Positions 60,201 through 64,000 of a stretch of DNA of 64,000 bases are shown here, piece after piece. This DNA is from Glaucostegus cemiculus (taxonomy: Eukaryota). Position 1 is the first letter of the stretch. Every line of letters begins with the position of its first letter. The stretch covers positions 1,054,001 through 1,118,000 of the forward strand of contig CDPCPM010000133.1 of NCBI GenBank assembly GCA_976551045.1. The letters are read 5' to 3'. Position numbers and translations under genes: made by a program. A model generated the notes under the pieces. It was not told the origin of the DNA and ran no database searches. It saw only the letters and a list, made by a program, of their open reading frames with translations.

Positions 60201-63076
60201 TTAATCTGATTTATATGTAATGTATTTGGGATAAGATGTTGTTAAATCCCCCAGATGATCTGGTTAGACATCCTGCTGTCCTTTTGGTTCTGTTACTAAA
60301 GTTTCAATTAGTGAATTACATTAACTGGTGTATCACACCCCACACCTCCCCTACAATCAGATCAACCTCCAGTCATTTTTACATTGTATGTATGACCAGA
60401 AATTTCACGCCTTGTGTCTCGTTTGGGTAACTGGTCCAATGTCTTTACTGGTTCCACCAGCACTTGCTCCACATTTGGGAAAAGTAAGACTAAAACAGTG
60501 AGTTGGTGGGATCTGGTAGGTCTTTGTTTTTTTTCCTTCATCTGAGTTAATTCTGAATATATGTCATTGTCCAGAGCACTACTCGGCATGTGGTTCAGCC
60601 ATTCTTGCAAGTCGTTTGACTTTGCAAGAAGCACGTTGTCTATTACTGAATAGGCTTAGGAATGCAGCAGCAATAATTTGCAAGTTTTGAACATAAACCC
60701 TTTTTATTGTTTTCTGGAGTTTGTGAATCTGTCCAGTGTCTTTGTGTGTGACAAGAATTCTGTAAGTGTACTTCAGTGTTTGTGCTGGTGTTTAATTTGT
60801 GATATTCCTTGACTGAAGTAAGGGATAAATCTTTCAGATTCTGGTTTTTGTTACAGAGACAGAAGTTAATTGACTTAGCTGGGTGAATGTGGATTGAATA
60901 CAGGTGAATTGTGGACTGAGAGAAAACCCACAACTGGGTGTGGGCTGTGGCGGTGTTGCAGAGTAGAATTAGAGTAAGGGGCCGTGTGTGTCGTAGGGCA
61001 GAGCAAGGTGCATGGAGTGTTTTTTTTTTCAGGCTCTTGCAATGTTTTGCTCTGTATCTGATGCTTGCTTCGCTTTTTTGCCTCCTGGTACAGTTTCAGA
61101 GCATTACTTTCCACAAGATCCAGTTCAACTTCCCTTATTTCCGCAGTGACAGGTAAGAATCCTCACCTCCAAATCCTGAATTTTATTGAAATGCCAATTT
61201 ATGTTGTCAGTTTAAGCTTGCAGAGCCTCAAGACTATCCACTGATTGCAATTTGTTCTTACTGGGAGCTCAGTCACTTAATTGCTGTTTGTCATGTGGTT
61301 ATTAACCATTGAAGAATATAAATATGTGGTGTTCGCTTGCTGCCATAGTTCCAAAACTGAGTTTTGCTCAATGTTTAGAGATGAATTTCATTAGATCAAG
61401 ACTTTAATAATTCTCTATATAAATATATTTCTTTCATGATTTTATTAATATATTGCATTTGGGATAAGATGTGAAATGAAACTTGAATGTTTTAAGTTTG
61501 TTGCTGAATACCGCAACCTTGAAGGGTTATGGTCAGACTTCAAGCATGTGGGGGAAATTGGACATTGTTTTTGGTACTTTATTCTGAATATATTGCTAAA
61601 CTTGGAATGGCATGTAGTGAAACCAAATTTAACTCGATTGCTTGTAAATTAATGGCCCTTTTAATCTTAACACATTCCCAGTAATTTATTCTATGTTGGT
61701 TTCAAAAAGTCTTCTGAAGAATTTCAGACAAGTTTCTTGGTCAAATGCAAGGCAAATTAGCCGAATTCTATGTAGAACTAAGCAATAAAATGTGGATTTC
61801 ACTGCAAGGTTTCATGCATATTGTGTCCTGGTAACGGAACATTGCTGTGTGGTCTCTAGGTGGACACTGTTGTACACAAAACCGTGGAGGGCAATGGAGA
61901 GGTGGCACCCTATTCTAAAAAGTAAACGTTGATATAGAACATTGTATTTTGTGGAGGATGGTTTTCAAATAATAGATCACCTCAGTTGTTCTGTATAGTC
62001 TCCACTGAAGAGACAGGATCTCCAGTAAGGAAGAGGAAGACCTTGGGTATCAATGGCTGACTTCAGAATATCAACAGAAGGGGCCAGGGAGCAGGTTACA
62101 TACCTGTTGACCGAAGCAGAGATTCCTAACTAACACCTTTTTTAAAAACAAAACTGCCATTTTCCGATTCCTGGTTTGATGCCAGCATTGATGTGGGACA
62201 AATATGCCATAACGCATCATCCAACTCTTCAACCTCACCTCAGAGTGGTACCCTTATTACAATTATTTGATTCAGTCTGTGTTGCATGGGCAGGTGGAGA
62301 ATCCTTGTCTCTGATAATTGCAGAGTGAGGTGTTGAGACCCACAGTCTCAAATTCAAAAGGAAGGAATGTGTCTGGAGAGCAGATATGTCTCAGTTGCTT
62401 ATGATAAAGCAGGATGAGGGCAGATTGCTCTGCTTCCACTAACTAGGTGAATGAAAATATCCCCCTCAAGTTGGATTATGTAATCTTTGGTTGGATTCTC
62501 AGCTAGTGTTGTGGTATCCTGTGACATTGACACTTACAGGCTGTGTTGGCTTTACAGAGACAAGCGGGACTTTGTCTCGGCAGGGGCAGCAGCAGGAGTT
62601 GCTGCTGCATTTGGGGCTCCGATTGGAGGGACACTCTTCAGTCTGGAGGAAGGATCCTCATTCTGGAACCAGGCACTAACCTGGAAAGTGGTGAGTGAGA
62701 TGGATTACTACCAGAGGCAAGCAGCAGAAAGGAGAATTTTCAAGCTTCTGCAGCTTTTTTTTGTTGGGGTGTAAGATGGGATGTTGCTAATCTTTGGCTG
62801 TGGGTCCCATGTAATGCAGCAGTTTGCCACAGCAGGTTATTTGGGAAGGGAGAGTTTGTGTAGATGGTGTTTGTGTGTGTGTGCTCAGTGTAGAGCTGGA
62901 TGGGAATTGATTTGTGTTTGTATGGTGCTGTCTTTTGACCATTTCTGTTCTCCGTTTTCCAGCTCTTCTGCTCAATGTCTGCCACCTTCACACTGAATCT
63001 GTTCCGCTCAGGGATCCGCTACGGGAGCTGGGGCTCCTTCCAACTGCCAGGGCTGCTCAACTTTGGAGAATTCAAG
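45195..63076 (+). CDS. CLCN6: Chloride/proton exchanger ClC-6, exons 1-11 (318 aa; 3' part beyond window)
   Basis: Cys-rich N-terminus, [51 protein letters not shown]; head-to-head with MTHFR as in other vertebrates. Confidence 0.97.
45600..46290 (+). mobile_element. Degenerate CR1 3' fragment
   Basis: gaatgactgggcaaaagaggtggcag...aagtgtcaagttattcac...atgagaggtgatctcactgaa...ggaattct. Confidence 0.6.
47501..47560 (+). CDS. CLCN6: CLCN6 exon 2
   Basis: [20 protein letters not shown]. Confidence 0.95.
49470..49847 (+). mobile_element. Internally deleted Rex1/Babar-like LINE
   Basis: [10 protein letters not shown]...[26 protein letters not shown] joined to the C-terminal [14 protein letters not shown], with an aataaacctgattctg tail. 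Confidence 0.75.
50316..50381 (+). CDS. CLCN6: CLCN6 exon 3
   Basis: [22 protein letters not shown]. Confidence 0.95.
50900..51245 (+). mobile_element. Degenerate Deu-domain SINE
   Basis: gaatgagatgttaaatcc...gaagatcagg...gcatcctgaagttgtgaatggtgctttat. Confidence 0.55.
52203..52268 (+). CDS. CLCN6: CLCN6 exon 4
   Basis: [22 protein letters not shown]. Confidence 0.95.
52860..55030 (-). mobile_element. Fragmented CR1 element including ORF2 pieces and an ORF1 esterase-like remnant
   Basis: ORF 52857..53243 ([15 protein letters not shown]); ORF 54320..54541 ([28 protein letters not shown]...GLHI), SGNH-like. Confidence 0.75.
55050..55310 (-). mobile_element. Degenerate V-domain SINE
   Basis: tctttgggatgtgggaggaaactggaaaacctagaagaaacccaca is the reverse complement of the V domain. 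Confidence 0.65.
55740..56110 (-). mobile_element. Degenerate Deu-domain SINE
   Basis: acagcaagattc...ttttggtgatgttggttgag...cctagattgtgtgttaaagt. Confidence 0.5.
56182..56248 (+). CDS. CLCN6: CLCN6 exon 5
   Basis: [22 protein letters not shown]; followed by the U12 donor GTATCCTTT. Confidence 0.93.
56249..56881 (+). other. U12-type (minor spliceosome) GT-AG intron of CLCN6
   Basis: 5' splice site GTATCCTTT and branch-point-like TTCCTTGAT at 56859-56867, close to the AG. Confidence 0.88.
56488..56727 (+). mobile_element. tRNA-derived V-domain SINE with CR1-like tail, inside the U12 intron
   Basis: A box tagcgtagtgg, B box gggttcgattcc, V domain, tail gggctggaagggcctgtt..gctgtaaataaaataaaaa. 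Confidence 0.88.
56882..56988 (+). CDS. CLCN6: CLCN6 exon 6
   Basis: [17 protein letters not shown]...ASLLVLIE. Confidence 0.95.
57040..57335 (-). mobile_element. Rex1/Babar-like LINE 3' end
   Basis: Minus strand encodes [12 protein letters not shown] followed by a tail ending gtgacaataataaaccaatacc. Confidence 0.75.
57559..57685 (+). CDS. CLCN6: CLCN6 exon 7
   Basis: [29 protein letters not shown]. Confidence 0.97.
58285..59125 (-). mobile_element. CR1 LINE 3' fragment
   Basis: ORFs 58827..59111, 58554..58769 and 58352..58618: WQMEFNPEK..., QRRFTRML...[20 protein letters not shown]. Confidence 0.92.
59160..59750 (-). mobile_element. Rex1/Babar-like LINE 3' fragment
   Basis: ORF 59379..59630 [15 protein letters not shown]...[19 protein letters not shown]; tail similar to 57040-57335. 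Confidence 0.8.
60106..60173 (+). CDS. CLCN6: CLCN6 exon 8 (gating glutamate, GKEGP)
   Basis: [23 protein letters not shown]. Confidence 0.97.
61094..61152 (+). CDS. CLCN6: CLCN6 exon 9
   Basis: [19 protein letters not shown]. Confidence 0.95.
62558..62690 (+). CDS. CLCN6: CLCN6 exon 10
   Basis: [44 protein letters not shown]. Confidence 0.97.
62963..63076 (+). CDS. CLCN6: CLCN6 exon 11
   Basis: [17 protein letters not shown]...[11 protein letters not shown]. Confidence 0.96.
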
Positions 63077-63354
63077 GTACTTTGAATTTTTGGTTACTTT
63101 CTGTAGCAGCTTTAACTTTGTCATCTGAAAAATTGACCTTTACTTGTTCTGAACTGTTGTAACTTGACTAGGTTTAATGTAGAAAAGATTTGGCTTTTGT
63201 CCCAGAGTGAGACATCGTTTATTAAACATTCTCTAATTGGATGAAATGGGTGAAATAAGTGTACTGATGTATTTCTGATTAAGTAGTTACTGTTCCAAAA
63301 CATTTGTCCAATAATTTAATTATTTAACTATATTTCAAAGTTTACTGATTGAAA

Positions 63355-63600
63355 CTGGCTAGACTCAGTAGGTAGCACTTTCACCTTGGAGTCAAAAGAT
63401 TTTAGTTTAAGACTCTCTTCTGAGACTTGAGCACAAAATCAAGGCTGACAGTCCAGTGCAGTACTTAAGGGGTAGTATGTTGTTGTCTAAAGTACTATTG
63501 TTCAGATGAGAGGTTAAATCAAACTATTGTGGCCTCTTTGGGTATACACAAGGGATACCAGGACTTGGAGAAGGGGATTTCACTGTGTTTTGCACCTATC
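63355..63600 (+). mobile_element. Deu-domain SINE (SacSINE1-like) 5' part
   Basis: ctcagtaggtagcactttcacc..gagtca...gagacttgagcacaaaatcaaggctgaca..ccagtgcagtact...cagatgagaggttaaa. Confidence 0.65.
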
Positions 63601-64000
63601 TGAGATCACAAAGAGCAGATCATCTGGCTATTTTCATTTCTGTTAAAGATGCAAGTTGAATATCTGGTTATCCATCTGTATCTGTTTGACTTTGTTGCTC
63701 TGTTTCCTTTTCCCAATGCATGGCTTATGCACTTGCCCAACCCCTCTTGGGCATATGCTCTATCCTCTTGCTTTGTTTGGGGTGGGGAAGGGGGCTTATT
63801 TGCTTGCACTCTGGCATATTTTCACACTGTGCCATCATCCTAAATTAAGCCTGACTGTTAGATGTTTCAAATTTCTGTTTGGAATATTCTATGGCTGTGA
63901 TGTTCATGTCACCTCAAACTGTCTCGTGCATTATTTCTGATAAGCCTCTACTGATGCTTGACTCTTGGTAAACCTATTGCAACGTGTGATGGTGGTCCAG

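Overview
Eukaryotic (vertebrate) genomic DNA, not prokaryotic. The repeat landscape (CR1 LINEs, Rex1/Babar-like LINE ends, V-domain tRNA SINEs, Deu-domain SINEs) points to a cartilaginous fish; this is inference. The window holds the conserved vertebrate block C1orf167 (+) / MTHFR (-) / CLCN6 (+). (1) A 5'-truncated multi-exon gene of 19 reconstructed, phase-consistent exons (432-23549, about 974 aa) is built from more than 20 Sfi1-like Trp repeats and is C1orf167-like by synteny. (2) A complete MTHFR CDS has 11 coding exons (39863 to 30967, 654 aa). (3) The first 11 exons of CLCN6 (45195-63076, 318 aa, running off the window) lie head-to-head with MTHFR across a CpG-island bidirectional promoter. 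Highlights are the putative centrin/calmodulin-binding repeat architecture of the uncharacterised C1orf167-like protein, a natural Ser at the MTHFR Ala222 (C677T) position plus other substitutions at normally conserved sites, a U12 minor intron in CLCN6 with a SINE inside, a 27-bp promoter duplication that doubles an E2F-like site, and SINE copies sharing a head but carrying different LINE-derived tails. Exon boundaries were read by eye, and comparisons to human proteins are from memory and need alignment.
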